Shown in pieces: positions 36,696 through 45,201 of a stretch of DNA of 50,636 bases. Location of the stretch: the sequence record MN013080.1; one strand, written 5' to 3'. This DNA is from Klebsiella phage vB_KpnS_SegesCirculi. Made by a program: the position numbers and the translations under genes. The notes under the pieces are model-generated. The model was given only the letters and a program-made list of their open reading frames with translations. It searched no databases and had not been told where the DNA came from. Each line of letters starts with the position of its first letter. Positions within the stretch are counted from its first letter, which is position 1.

Positions 36696-38264
36696 TTACC
36701 TCATGAACGACGGGTTGATAAAGACTTCGGAATCCATCACGCAGATAAAGCCTAATTCCTCCATCTTCGGCAATAAGCGTTCCTTAATCTTTTTGCTCAC
36801 CCCGGCCTGGCCTTTGAAGATCTTCAGGTTGCGGCAGGCGTTATAAATGCCCTGGACGGTCATAACACCTTTTGCCTGTTTGCAACGACTGGCGATAACG
36901 TCATACAGCGCTTTAATTTCCGCGCCCTCACCAGCAAAGCCTGAAGAGTCAGCCGACGACAAATACGTTTTGCTCAATTCATGGAACATGATGATCGCTT
37001 CGTCAATGGTCGCCGTGTCGATCTTCTTCGAACGCTTCCCGCCGGGTTGCCAGTTCCGGATCGTGTGAATCACGGACGCCAGGCGCATAACCTGCTTATC
37101 GAACTTACCCATCGCGCCGCGAAGCATTGTATGCGAATACTTGCCGCCGTCGCCCAACTCTGGTTCTAACTCCTGGCGGGCCTTGTTCAGTCTCCGCATT
37201 GCCGCGTCAGTAACCTGCAACTTAATGTTCGACTCGCTCATAATGTCATGAATCAGCCGGAAGTAATCCGCCTTCAGTGACTGGTCGATTGGCTCATAGG
37301 TAGAATTCCCGTTTTCGTCGATGAACTCGCGTTCGCCCAAGCGGGTTTGCTCACGAACCAAAAGGAAGCGTTCAGATACCCCAATCCCGCGAGAACCAGC
37401 CTGCATAATGGCGTCGATGGTTTCATCCTGGGCAATTACGCAAATGCAGCCCAAAGCCACGAATGACATATTATTGCTAACGTCTGCACGAGCGATCGAT
37501 ACGTGGCCTTTATCCCATGCTTTGAGCACCAGTTCGCTGTTCGTCTTCTTGCCGCCATCGTTGCCATACGTGATCCCCAAAAGGCTGTTAACCGCCGTCG
37601 CCTCATCCGAGATAACGGCAAAGTTTCCCTGGCGGTTGTTAATCTTCGCCAGGCCTTCTGGTGTTGTATCGGAAACCGGGAAAGTTAGATCACATAATTT
37701 TTCAAGTTTCTCTTCCAGTTCGTCACGATCTTCGAAAAGTTGCACCATATCAGATTGCGACAACTCCCCTTTAAGCGCCTGCTTGTTGGCGGACAACTTC
37801 GCCATGATTTTCTTGCGCTCTTTCTTGCGCGACTCGTTAATGCGCTCGACTTCGGCGACGATCGGATCGATGGCCAGCGAGTTAATGGCAGACTTACCAG
37901 CGGAAGGCGGCTGCGACGTGATAACGTAAAGCGTTGTCGGTTGCTCGCTGCCGTGGTACTCGACCCAAAAGCGACCCATCATCGCGGCGGATACGGTTCC
38001 GAGAAAGTGCATGTAAGCGGATGATTCCGGGAACTGAACAGATCGGGCGGCATTGAGCGCCAGCTTGCCGACCACATCGTAATCATTTGCGATCGAGATT
38101 GTTGGGTATTTATCCGCGTTTACGTCGATATCTTTGGGCTTTGGCCAGAATGAAACGGAGTCGCGATACCCGTTCGCACGAATCGCAACACGCAGGGGAC
38201 TGACTCCCTCCCTTTCTGCGATGGCAATAATATCTTGCGGTGACACGCGGTCATTTAAAAACAT
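36696..38264 (-). CDS. DUF3987-type ATPase/helicase-like protein
   Basis: SQPPSAGKSAI Walker A-like, ISDEATAVNSLLG, characteristic DUF3987 layout. Confidence 0.8.
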   Translation of the reverse strand: MFLNDRVSPQDIIAIAEREGVSPLRVAIRANGYRDSVSFWPKPKDIDVNADKYPTISIANDYDVVGKLALNAARSVQFPESSAYMHFLGTVSAAMMGRFWVEYHGSEQPTTLYVITSQPPSAGKSAINSLAIDPIVAEVERINESRKKERKKIMAKLSANKQALKGELSQSDMVQLFEDRDELEEKLEKLCDLTFPVSDTTPEGLAKINNRQGNFAVISDEATAVNSLLGITYGNDGGKKTNSELVLKAWDKGHVSIARADVSNNMSFVALGCICVIAQDETIDAIMQAGSRGIGVSERFLLVREQTRLGEREFIDENGNSTYEPIDQSLKADYFRLIHDIMSESNIKLQVTDAAMRRLNKARQELEPELGDGGKYSHTMLRGAMGKFDKQVMRLASVIHTIRNWQPGGKRSKKIDTATIDEAIIMFHELSKTYLSSADSSGFAGEGAEIKALYDVIASRCKQAKGVMTVQGIYNACRNLKIFKGQAGVSKKIKERLLPKMEELGFICVMDSEVFINPSFMR

Positions 38265-38389
38265 GCCCTTACTCCTGATTGGTTAATCGTTCGGCTAATC
38301 ATAAGCCGTATTAAATCCGAGATCCAGTGATAATCTAAACGCACTTGCAAAATGTGCTTAGGTTATCGGGGCGCACGGCCCCGACCCCG

Positions 38390-38827
38390 TTACAGGTATT
38401 TAGCCTCGAACGTTGTTCCGTCCGATACGCTGAAGCCGACCTCCTCGCGGTACAGCGTCCAGCGGCATCCGTCACGGTCGAAGATGTAGCCAGCGACCGC
38501 GCCGAGCGCACGACCGCTTTCGACCTGGTAGCGCTTGCCTACGCTGAAGGATTTTTTCACCGGGTTTTTATGGTCAAGGCCGACGCATTTTAACGTTTTG
38601 GTTTTGAGTTCGATGAACGTTGCAACCACCGAGCCACCAGCGCCAGAAATAAACAACTCACCGCTAATGCCGACCGACAAAATAACGCGCTTCTTCTTCT
38701 GTTCGGCGCTGTTATATACCATCATTGACACGTTACCTTCATCGTCGACGCGAGCGGAATAAAGGTTGTTTTCGCTGATATTAACGGCGCGGCTTGACGT
38801 GCATTTAATTTTGATTGACTTCGCCAT
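38390..38827 (-). CDS. Hypothetical protein with two beta-rich modules
   Basis: SD GAAGGG; N-terminal half resembles 45665-45877 product. Confidence 0.7.
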   Translation of the reverse strand: MAKSIKIKCTSSRAVNISENNLYSARVDDEGNVSMMVYNSAEQKKKRVILSVGISGELFISGAGGSVVATFIELKTKTLKCVGLDHKNPVKKSFSVGKRYQVESGRALGAVAGYIFDRDGCRWTLYREEVGFSVSDGTTFEAKYL

Positions 38828-38828
38828 T

Positions 38829-39011
38829 TTATTTCCCTTCTCCAATCTCGATATACAGGTTTACCAAATCCAGAAAGTCAGCCTTGCTTTTGCAACCCAA
38901 TTTAAAACCAACGTGCGACTCAATTTTATTTTGCATCGCGGTTAAGGTTGCGCCGCCGTTATTCATCCTGAGAACTTCGCGGCATACTTCAGCGAGTTTT
39001 TGAGATATCAT
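38829..39011 (-). CDS. Hypothetical protein
   Basis: SD AAAGGTGG; operonic. Confidence 0.55.
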   Translation of the reverse strand: MISQKLAEVCREVLRMNNGGATLTAMQNKIESHVGFKLGCKSKADFLDLVNLYIEIGEGK

Positions 39012-39211
39012 TTCTTCACCACCTTTATTTCTATGTTCTCGCAAGCAATTTTAAGATCATTAATCAGGCGGTTAAGTCTTAAATCGGTCATTACATGATG
39101 ATGGCGAACATCAATAATCCCTGCAACAACTAACAGCATGACGGCAAAGATAAAACCACCAGGCCCGGACATACACAAAATAGTTAACATCATCAAGATA
39201 ATAAATTTCAT
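39008..39211 (-). CDS. Small membrane protein
   Basis: 67 aa, hydrophobic N-terminal half; ATGA overlap. Confidence 0.6.
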   Translation of the reverse strand: MKFIILMMLTILCMSGPGGFIFAVMLLVVAGIIDVRHHHVMTDLRLNRLINDLKIACENIEIKVVKK

Positions 39212-39243
39212 TTCCGTTTACTCCGTTGCGTTTCGATGGGGTA

Positions 39244-39286
39244 ATGCTACCCGACTTTCGCAGGGCAGTTTTAGCAATTCGTGCTA
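39244..39286 (-). promoter_or_regulatory. Early element TAGCACGAATTGCTA-N22-TAGCAT
   Basis: Element 39272-39286, -10 39244-39249. Confidence 0.7.
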
Positions 39287-39976
39287 TTCTCGATAATTCG
39301 CCTGGAACACGGCGCGGGCAAAACCTCGCGGAGTAATGGAGCGCAGCATTTTAGTCCTTTCTGACCTTCCGCCCAAAAACTTCCAGGCCCAAAAGAAATT
39401 CACGCCTTCTACTCCATCCGGCGGCGGGAGCCGTTTCGGTTCGACAAAACCGTTTCCGTGCCATATACACGTTTTCTTCGTGTAATTGTCACAGTGGGGC
39501 ATTTTGGGATGCCACACAGGTTCATTCGGAGAAACATAGCCGCCGAAGTCTCGCGGGTGAAAATAGAAGTCAGGCTTGCGCCATAGTGTCGACAATTTTC
39601 CAACCGGGTTTTCGACCATCCAGGGGCAACCATACTCGTTGCCCAGGCGTTCGACCATCTTCGCATCATCTGCGGCTGATAGAACGTCATTATCTTGCCT
39701 TACGTGCTTGATTCCGCTATGCGCTAACAGCGTGCATGACGGGAAAGCGAAAATGAAGTCGGGATCTGGAACGCCGAGAATCGATCGCTTCACGTCAAAA
39801 TCCTTGTCAATCCAAATGTTAACATACTGGATATTGGGGTGAACCATTCGAATGCTATATTCTCCGTGGTCGCCGGAGTCTGCATTGAAACAGTACACCT
39901 TGCATCCCTTGATAGCCCACGGCAGGCCCATGATGCCGGAGCCGTCGAACATGCAGTAAATAACCTTGTCTGTCAT
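39284..39976 (-). CDS. C5-methyltransferase-like protein
   Basis: FDGSGIMGLPWA, FAFPSCTLLAHSG (PC-loop-like), VENPVG (ENV-like) motifs. Confidence 0.6.
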   Translation of the reverse strand: MTDKVIYCMFDGSGIMGLPWAIKGCKVYCFNADSGDHGEYSIRMVHPNIQYVNIWIDKDFDVKRSILGVPDPDFIFAFPSCTLLAHSGIKHVRQDNDVLSAADDAKMVERLGNEYGCPWMVENPVGKLSTLWRKPDFYFHPRDFGGYVSPNEPVWHPKMPHCDNYTKKTCIWHGNGFVEPKRLPPPDGVEGVNFFWAWKFLGGRSERTKMLRSITPRGFARAVFQANYRE

Positions 39977-40206
39977 GCCGTCCACCATTTTTCAATAAAC
40001 ATGCAGTAAAGGTTGATTGTTGCAGTTACGCTATCAATCTGAGCGCGTTTTAACACGCCGCCAGGAACAGTACCAACAACATAACCGCCATTGACAGCCT
40101 TCGTGATCGTGATCTGCGAATAGCCGCATTCCCGATTCAGGCGCATAACTACAGAGCCGTTCTTCTCCAGCGCAGCAAGAATAAGGTTTGTTTTTGGTTT
40201 GTTCAT
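39973..40206 (-). CDS. Small DNA-binding protein (HTH-like)
   Basis: LAALEKNGSVVMRLNRECGYSQITITKAV. Confidence 0.5.
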   Translation of the reverse strand: MNKPKTNLILAALEKNGSVVMRLNRECGYSQITITKAVNGGYVVGTVPGGVLKRAQIDSVTATINLYCMFIEKWWTA

Positions 40207-40238
40207 TGTGTAACTCCTTCGCTTGTTGGTGTGGGGAC

Positions 40239-40281
40239 AGTATGCCACTATCCCGCAATGTTGTTTTAGCAAAACGTGCTA
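40239..40281 (-). promoter_or_regulatory. Early element TAGCACGTTTTGCTA-N22-CATACT
   Basis: Element 40267-40281, -10 40239-40244. Confidence 0.75.
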
Positions 40282-40656
40282 TGCCGGAACGCAGGTCGTG
40301 TAATCCTGGCTGATGTAGATCGTGCGCTGAAAGCGAGGTTCTTTTTCGCCGAGTTCCTGGATGGTGACATCGTTACTTCCGACCCGGCACGGAACCGATC
40401 CGAAAATAAACTCGCCAGTCTGCTTGTCGTTGATTTGCCATACATTACCACCTTCCTTTTTGACAACCAGGAAAGGCGCGCTGTCTGCGCTGAACTCTTC
40501 CGGGCCACAACCGTAATAGTGCATGATCGCAGCTTCGGCAGCGTCGTGAAATTTGTTAGTCACGTCATTGGTCGCCTTGTCGCGGATGGCCCTGATACGC
40601 TCTTCAGGCGATCCGATGATGTAGGAAAAGCTGTTCGAAATGGTAACTGTTCGCAT
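40279..40656 (-). CDS. Hypothetical protein
   Basis: 125 aa, operonic. Confidence 0.65.
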   Translation of the reverse strand: MRTVTISNSFSYIIGSPEERIRAIRDKATNDVTNKFHDAAEAAIMHYYGCGPEEFSADSAPFLVVKKEGGNVWQINDKQTGEFIFGSVPCRVGSNDVTIQELGEKEPRFQRTIYISQDYTTCVPA

Positions 40657-40895
40657 TATATTTTAACCTCGTTTCGTTGGATAAAGTCGGCGACGTAATG
40701 GCATTCGATCGGGTTCTCGATACCCGCCAGCACCTCGCAGCGACCGTTATTCAGAAGCTGGCAATGCTGGCACTCCGCGCCGCCAACGCTGGCAATGACA
40801 ATGGCGATCCCGTTGCATGAACCGCCGAACATTCGATGAGGGAATGGGTAAGCATCGCAGGTGCAAACCACCTCCCCGGCTCGCCGTTTCCTCAT
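40656..40895 (-). CDS. Cysteine-rich, possibly zinc-binding protein
   Basis: CTCDAY...CQHCQLLNNGRCEVL...C. Confidence 0.6.
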   Translation of the reverse strand: MRKRRAGEVVCTCDAYPFPHRMFGGSCNGIAIVIASVGGAECQHCQLLNNGRCEVLAGIENPIECHYVADFIQRNEVKI

Positions 40896-41086
40896 ACCTG
40901 GCCCTTCTCGATGCAGAAAACCCAATCACGAGCGTCAACCGCAAAGCGTGCAACGCCGTCGAGCACCACGAAGGCAGTAAACCCGTTGACTCCGCGCCCC
41001 TTCTCGATATCGGTTACGGTACGGAACAGATCGCTTGCGCCATATTGAATTTTATCCCCGACGACTACATCCGCAAATGCTTTCAT
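40892..41086 (-). CDS. Small beta-rich protein
   Basis: 64 aa VVVGDKIQYGASDLFRTVTDIEKG. Confidence 0.6.
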   Translation of the reverse strand: MKAFADVVVGDKIQYGASDLFRTVTDIEKGRGVNGFTAFVVLDGVARFAVDARDWVFCIEKGQV

Positions 41087-41117
41087 GGTTAATCTCCTGA
41101 CTGGTTTCGATGGGTTA

Positions 41118-41160
41118 ACTATACCAGGCCTCGCGGCCCGGCGTTTAGCAATTCGTGCTT
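41118..41160 (-). promoter_or_regulatory. Early element AAGCACGAATTGCTA-N22-TATAGT
   Basis: Element 41146-41160, -10 41118-41123. Confidence 0.75.
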
Positions 41161-41422
41161 ATTTGATGCCCTGTGCAATTCTATCCATTTTGCGGAACCA
41201 GATCGCCAGGTCTTCGAGCACCTCGAACAGGTCAGCCTTCTTGCTTTCCATGATCGCATCACAAATCAGGTTGATATCGCAAACCATGACGCCGAGATAT
41301 TCACCGTAAGAACGCACGCCAGCAACATTGGAGGCCTTGCTATCACGGCGGCACTTCTTCGCCTTGTAAATCAGGCTCATGATGTTGGAGGTTTCTTTTG
41401 TAAGAATGTGGACGTTGCTCAT
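41159..41422 (-). CDS. Hypothetical protein
   Basis: First gene of leftward block. Confidence 0.6.
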   Translation of the reverse strand: MSNVHILTKETSNIMSLIYKAKKCRRDSKASNVAGVRSYGEYLGVMVCDINLICDAIMESKKADLFEVLEDLAIWFRKMDRIAQGIK

Positions 41423-41460
41423 GATGTTTCCCCTTCGGCTCAATTCGTTTCGTTGAAGTA

Positions 41461-41503
41461 ATCATAGCAAAGTCGATCGGATGGCTTTTGACAAAAAATG
41501 CTA
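41461..41503 (-). promoter_or_regulatory. Early element TAGCATTTTTTGTCA-N22-TATGAT
   Basis: Element 41489-41503, -10 41461-41466. Confidence 0.7.
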
Positions 41504-41761
41504 TTCCTGCGATTGCTGATTATTCCGCCTATTTTGAATAGTGGAATAGTCCGTGATTGCATTTGATCCCCTGGTGATTAGTTTTGACGAATCATGATTG
41601 CTTTTGATTGTTTCATTTTGCGCAATGGGGTGATGCATTGTTTCATGATGTGCAACGAATTGCATAGATGTATGCACCATGCACGCAATTTGCCGTTCGA
41701 AGCCTGCCGAAACAGTCATGTTTGTGGCGGTTATTGTGGTTGTGTAGGGAATTGTAGTTAG

Positions 41762-42080
41762 TTTGTCGTAAGATTTTGCTTACCGGAAAATCGCGCAAAA
41801 AGTGAGCAATAATCATCCATAAGAAAATAGATATATATATAATATATAAAGAGTTTTTACTCTTATTATTATTATATACACTCCCTCCACTCCCCTTTGT
41901 AGTAAGATTAGTAAGGTATATGCATACCCTTTCGCTTCCGCGTGAAAATCTTATTTGTTCCGCGCCCCTCCCTGGGGATATATAAAGGGGCATATATAAG
42001 GGGGTTACTTACCAGGCCACCACAAACACGCTCAAGCAAGGTGTGGCAAGGCATCCAGCACGTAAGATGCATCTTACGAC
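41762..42080. promoter_or_regulatory. Second AT-rich non-coding region sharing repeats with 26.5 kb region
   Basis: AAAAAGTGAGC, GTAAGAT repeats, TATATATAATATATAAAG, palindrome. Confidence 0.5.
42061..42078 (+). repeat. Palindrome CGTAAGATGCATCTTACG copy 3
   Basis: Perfect 18-bp palindrome containing the 16-mer seen at 26545 and 26795. Confidence 0.95.
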
Positions 42081-42112
42081 AATCTAACCATAAGCAAACA
42101 CAGCCCCCAATC

Positions 42113-42140
42113 TTGACACCAAAAACAGGCGTGATACTAT
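42113..42140 (+). promoter_or_regulatory. Sigma70 promoter TTGACA-16-TACTAT
   Basis: -35 42113-42118, -10 42135-42140. Confidence 0.75.
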
Positions 42141-42170
42141 GCCACCACAACCAACAAAAGGAGAAAAATC

Positions 42171-42758
42171 ATGGCGCGACAGAAAGCAGAAGACCGAGCC
42201 ACTATCAACGACCCTGAAGAGTTAATGGCCCTGGCCAAAAAGGCGGCGCGGCGACGCGATGACCAGTTCGGCTACCGCGAGGACAGGGCAACCTGGGAGA
42301 CCACGGAGCAAATCAATAGCCTTATCAAAGAGGCTTACGATGAACCCTGGAAGGGTGGCGAATACCTGCGAATGCGCTTTGCTACGGCAGGGCAAGATCT
42401 GAAGATTAGCGTTGACGAGTACAGGCTTGCCACCAGGGGAAGTGGCCTGTATGACTCCACGATCACCAGCAGCCTCAAAAGGTTCGTTATTCCCGGCAAG
42501 CGAATCAGTCGGCGCTTTGTTGATGGGTTCTATCACATCAAGATCGTGGATGACTTGTCGAAGGAGGCAGTGACGAAGAGTCACGATGAATCAATCCGGA
42601 AGGAGGAGCGGGAAAGAATTAAGGGATTGGTGGCCGCTCTTGCCGTAGACTTCGCCGGGAATGCTCTGACCGGGATTTACAAGGCGACCTTGTTCGCGGC
42701 TATCGATCTTGGATTGAACGCCAGCGATATCAACCAGGAGGCCAGTCATGAAGAGTAA
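42171..42758 (+). CDS. First rightward early protein, unknown function
   Basis: 195 aa, SD AAAAGGAG, own consensus promoter. Confidence 0.8.
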   Translation: MARQKAEDRATINDPEELMALAKKAARRRDDQFGYREDRATWETTEQINSLIKEAYDEPWKGGEYLRMRFATAGQDLKISVDEYRLATRGSGLYDSTITSSLKRFVIPGKRISRRFVDGFYHIKIVDDLSKEAVTKSHDESIRKEERERIKGLVAALAVDFAGNALTGIYKATLFAAIDLGLNASDINQEASHEE

Positions 42759-42969
42759 GACTTCAATAGCCCAAACACTCATGCGGCAATATAGGGGCAT
42801 GATAAAAACAATGGATCGGGTTGCACTCCAGCAAGCTGTAAAATATTGCTACCGTGCGTCGGACTCCTGGACTTACAGGTTTAAGGATGACTCCGTGTTA
42901 TGGTTCCATAAAGGTAGCGCAACCATCATCACAAAAGAAGAGGCACTAAAACTATGGAGGAGAGTATGA
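42748..42969 (+). CDS. Hypothetical protein
   Basis: Operonic. Confidence 0.6.
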   Translation: MKSKTSIAQTLMRQYRGMIKTMDRVALQQAVKYCYRASDSWTYRFKDDSVLWFHKGSATIITKEEALKLWRRV

Positions 42970-43271
42970 AGCTATATCCAGACCAGAACGACCCGGCGGC
43001 ACCAATGCGCCTGGGAAACACGCCAGTTGATGAGCAGGAGGTTATCGCAGCCATTGCCACTGCATCGGACGACGAAAATCCAACCGCCCTGGAATGCGTG
43101 GCAGCCGACCTGCTGTTAATGTCATTTCTTCCGGATTCTCAATCCTACATTCAGCATATCACCGAGACGGGCGAAGCGGTGACGAAGCCGGAATTCATTG
43201 GCGCGTCGAACGTCCTGGCCATGATGGCCGATGAGTCGGATAACATCATTAGCCTCGACTATCCGCAATAG
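42954..43271 (+). CDS. Hypothetical protein
   Basis: Operonic; stop TAG is part of early element. Confidence 0.65.
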   Translation: MEESMKLYPDQNDPAAPMRLGNTPVDEQEVIAAIATASDDENPTALECVAADLLLMSFLPDSQSYIQHITETGEAVTKPEFIGASNVLAMMADESDNIISLDYPQ

Positions 43272-43311
43272 CACTTTTTGTTAAAACCCGGTCAGGGAGA
43301 TCGGGTATTAT
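43269..43311 (+). promoter_or_regulatory. Early element TAGCACTTTTTGTTA-N22-TATTAT
   Basis: Element 43269-43283, -10 43306-43311. Confidence 0.75.
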
Positions 43312-43343
43312 CTCTTCATCGACAACGAACCGAGGACAGCGAA

Positions 43344-43496
43344 ATGATTACTCTGATTACCTGGGAACACGAAAACAGCAAGCCAGGAGTGCGCGAATTC
43401 GAGACCGTAGCGGCGTGCTACAACCTGGCGGCAAGCGGTGGCTTTTACAAGGCGCAGATCGTTAACGAGTTCGGGGTTGTTGATTATGAATTTTAA
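43344..43496 (+). CDS. Hypothetical 50-aa protein
   Basis: Follows early element. Confidence 0.6.
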   Translation: MITLITWEHENSKPGVREFETVAACYNLAASGGFYKAQIVNEFGVVDYEF

Positions 43497-43707
43497 GGCG
43501 GGCGATGTAAAACCTGGCGTGGTCTACGGATCGCGACTCAATAACCGCCTTTGGCGGTGGGACGGCGAAACTATGTGGACTAAAGGCGAGGGCGATGTTA
43601 TCTGGCATGAATGCGGCTGGCCATACCCCACAATGAGCCGCCTTGATATCGCTTATTATCTTTCGGTTGGCGACATGCACGAGGTGGGAGATAGCACTTT
43701 TTGCTAA
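43486..43707 (+). CDS. Hypothetical small beta-rich protein
   Basis: 73 aa. Confidence 0.6.
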   Translation: MNFKAGDVKPGVVYGSRLNNRLWRWDGETMWTKGEGDVIWHECGWPYPTMSRLDIAYYLSVGDMHEVGDSTFC

Positions 43708-43734
43708 AACTCGATCGTGGTGGCTTGCTATAGT
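43692..43734 (+). promoter_or_regulatory. Early element TAGCACTTTTTGCTA-N22-TATAGT
   Basis: Element 43692-43706, -10 43729-43734. Confidence 0.78.
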
Positions 43735-43766
43735 AACCCCATCGAAACGAACAACGGAGCACCACA

Positions 43767-44261
43767 ATGAAATCTTGCGAATATGTCAACACACTAAATG
43801 GCCTTATCTACTGGCTGGAAGATGGCGCAGTAATGATGCGCAAGCGCGAAGGCAAGATTGTGAAGAAGTCGAATATGACAGCGGCGATCTTCTTTGCGAT
43901 GGTCGGCAACGATACACTTCTGCTTGTCGAGGCGGAGCCGAAGGATAAGAGCATGACCATGCTTCAGTTTACGGAATTCCTGTCGAAAATCGACAAAAGC
44001 AACACGACCGCAACCGCGCAGACAGCCATCCAGGGCGGGGCCACCCATATTGCCATCGACGGTAACGGCGACGTCTTCGCGTTCAAGATGCGCCCGCGCC
44101 ACTATCTGCCGAAAGATGGTGACGCAAAGGATTATCTGGGCGAATGGCTTCGCGGTTCGGAGCGGTACGGCCACATTGCACGAACAGTCTGCTTCCCGGG
44201 CAACACTGGCCGCGAGCATACAAACTGGCGTGAACTCTGCTACCAGATTCCTAGCCAATAG
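43767..44261 (+). CDS. Hypothetical protein (Ntn-hydrolase-like peptide features not established)
   Basis: 164 aa, follows early element. Confidence 0.65.
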   Translation: MKSCEYVNTLNGLIYWLEDGAVMMRKREGKIVKKSNMTAAIFFAMVGNDTLLLVEAEPKDKSMTMLQFTEFLSKIDKSNTTATAQTAIQGGATHIAIDGNGDVFAFKMRPRHYLPKDGDAKDYLGEWLRGSERYGHIARTVCFPGNTGREHTNWRELCYQIPSQ

Positions 44262-44301
44262 CACTTTTTGCTAAAACCCGATCGGGGTAATGCGGTATTA
44301 T
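44259..44301 (+). promoter_or_regulatory. Early element TAGCACTTTTTGCTA-N22-TATTAT
   Basis: Element 44259-44273, -10 44296-44301. Confidence 0.78.
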
Positions 44302-44329
44302 TACCCCATCGAAACAGAGGAGCATAAAC

Positions 44330-44542
44330 ATGATCGGCAACCACAACAACCCACTCAATGCAGCATTTCACCGTCGCGCGGTTGAGCAACACTTCCACGC
44401 GCTGAAGGTGGTGTGCAACGAGATGAATCTTATGCTTGACTTGCCGTCATGGGATGCGCAACTGGAAGATTACTATGATGGCCTGCGCGCTAAACGGGAT
44501 GGCATCATTACCCGCCTGCGCCTGGCTGGTATGTTTCTATAA
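44330..44542 (+). CDS. Hypothetical protein
   Basis: 70 aa. Confidence 0.65.
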   Translation: MIGNHNNPLNAAFHRRAVEQHFHALKVVCNEMNLMLDLPSWDAQLEDYYDGLRAKRDGIITRLRLAGMFL

Positions 44543-44554
44543 AGGAGAAATGCA

Positions 44555-44719
44555 ATGAAAACATTAAGCGCTTTACTAATGGCTGTATACGGTGCCGCTA
44601 TCATCGGCTGGATTATGAACATTGTAGCCGCATTCGGTGCGCATGGTGACGAATTGATGATCCGCATTATCGGGATCTTTGTTGCGCCCGCTGGTGCTTT
44701 TATGGGCTGGTTCATGTAA
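44555..44719 (+). CDS. 54-aa two-TM membrane protein
   Basis: MKTLSALLMAVYGAAIIGWIMNIVAAFGAHGDELMIRIIGIFVAPAGAFMGWFM; strong SD AAAGGAG; absent from track on this strand. Confidence 0.65.
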   Translation: MKTLSALLMAVYGAAIIGWIMNIVAAFGAHGDELMIRIIGIFVAPAGAFMGWFM

Positions 44720-44725
44720 GGAGCA

Positions 44726-44986
44726 ATGACAATGCAACAATTTAAATCTCGCGGCAAGACCTACAACCTGCCGGACACTGCTACCCACGCCGCACCTGGC
44801 GCATGCGTCGGCGTTTACTTTAAGGATGGCGATAGCTGGTTTTTCATGGGTGATGTGATTGGGGACGTACCGCCGAAGAAATGCGGCGTACTCCTGGGCT
44901 TCTACGATCACGACGTGGTGGAGCTAAAACCCAAGCCTGCACCGTTCTCATTCTGGAATAAAATCAAAGGGGCGCTGTTCAAATGA
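44726..44986 (+). CDS. Hypothetical beta-rich protein
   Basis: 86 aa, SD AAGGAG. Confidence 0.65.
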   Translation: MTMQQFKSRGKTYNLPDTATHAAPGACVGVYFKDGDSWFFMGDVIGDVPPKKCGVLLGFYDHDVVELKPKPAPFSFWNKIKGALFK

Positions 44987-45201
44987 GCGACCAGAAACTG
45001 CAAACGGTATGCTACCGCGATTCGGATGGCGATGAATTGGTCGTGTCTCCGTTCAGTGGTGGCGCTGCTGGCGTGGAGCTTATGGCGACCCACGATAGCG
45101 GTTGCTGCGTATTTGACGACCCGAAGGTAATCCGCGATCTGGCTAATCAGTTGCTGTCCGTCGCCGATGCCGTAGAGAGCGCACAAGGAGCGGAAAAATG
45201 A
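44983..45201 (+). CDS. Hypothetical protein
   Basis: ATGA overlap. Confidence 0.65.
   Translation: MSDQKLQTVCYRDSDGDELVVSPFSGGAAGVELMATHDSGCCVFDDPKVIRDLANQLLSVADAVESAQGAEK

Noticed and set aside
36847-38024. Plus-strand ORFs opposite the DUF3987 gene
   Set aside because: Low-plausibility serine/arginine-rich products typical of antisense frames.
38344-38363. GCACTTGCAAAATGTGCTTA as another copy of the early palindrome (minus strand AAGCACATTTTGCAA)
   Set aside because: Three mismatches and no -10 hexamer at 21-22 bp; not counted, though it may be a decayed or different operator.
41501-41719. Minus-strand 72-aa ORF in the early intergenic region
   Set aside because: No clear SD and low-complexity composition; treated as non-coding regulatory DNA.
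41504-41720. Repeated TTTTGA/ATTGC words as an iteron array
   Set aside because: Unit length and spacing are irregular; could not define a consistent repeat by eye.
43692-43706. Resemblance of TAGCAC...TTGCTA to a sigma54 promoter (TGGCAC-N5-TTGCW)
   Set aside because: The invariant GG is AG and the spacing to GC is 8 rather than 10 bp in all copies, while a sigma70-like -10 is found at constant distance downstream.
43692-43734. Reading TTGCTA/TTGTTA as an ordinary -35 box
   Set aside because: The distance to the -10 hexamer is 21-22 bp, too long for a standard 16-18 bp spacer, and the symmetric left half TAGCA would be unexplained.
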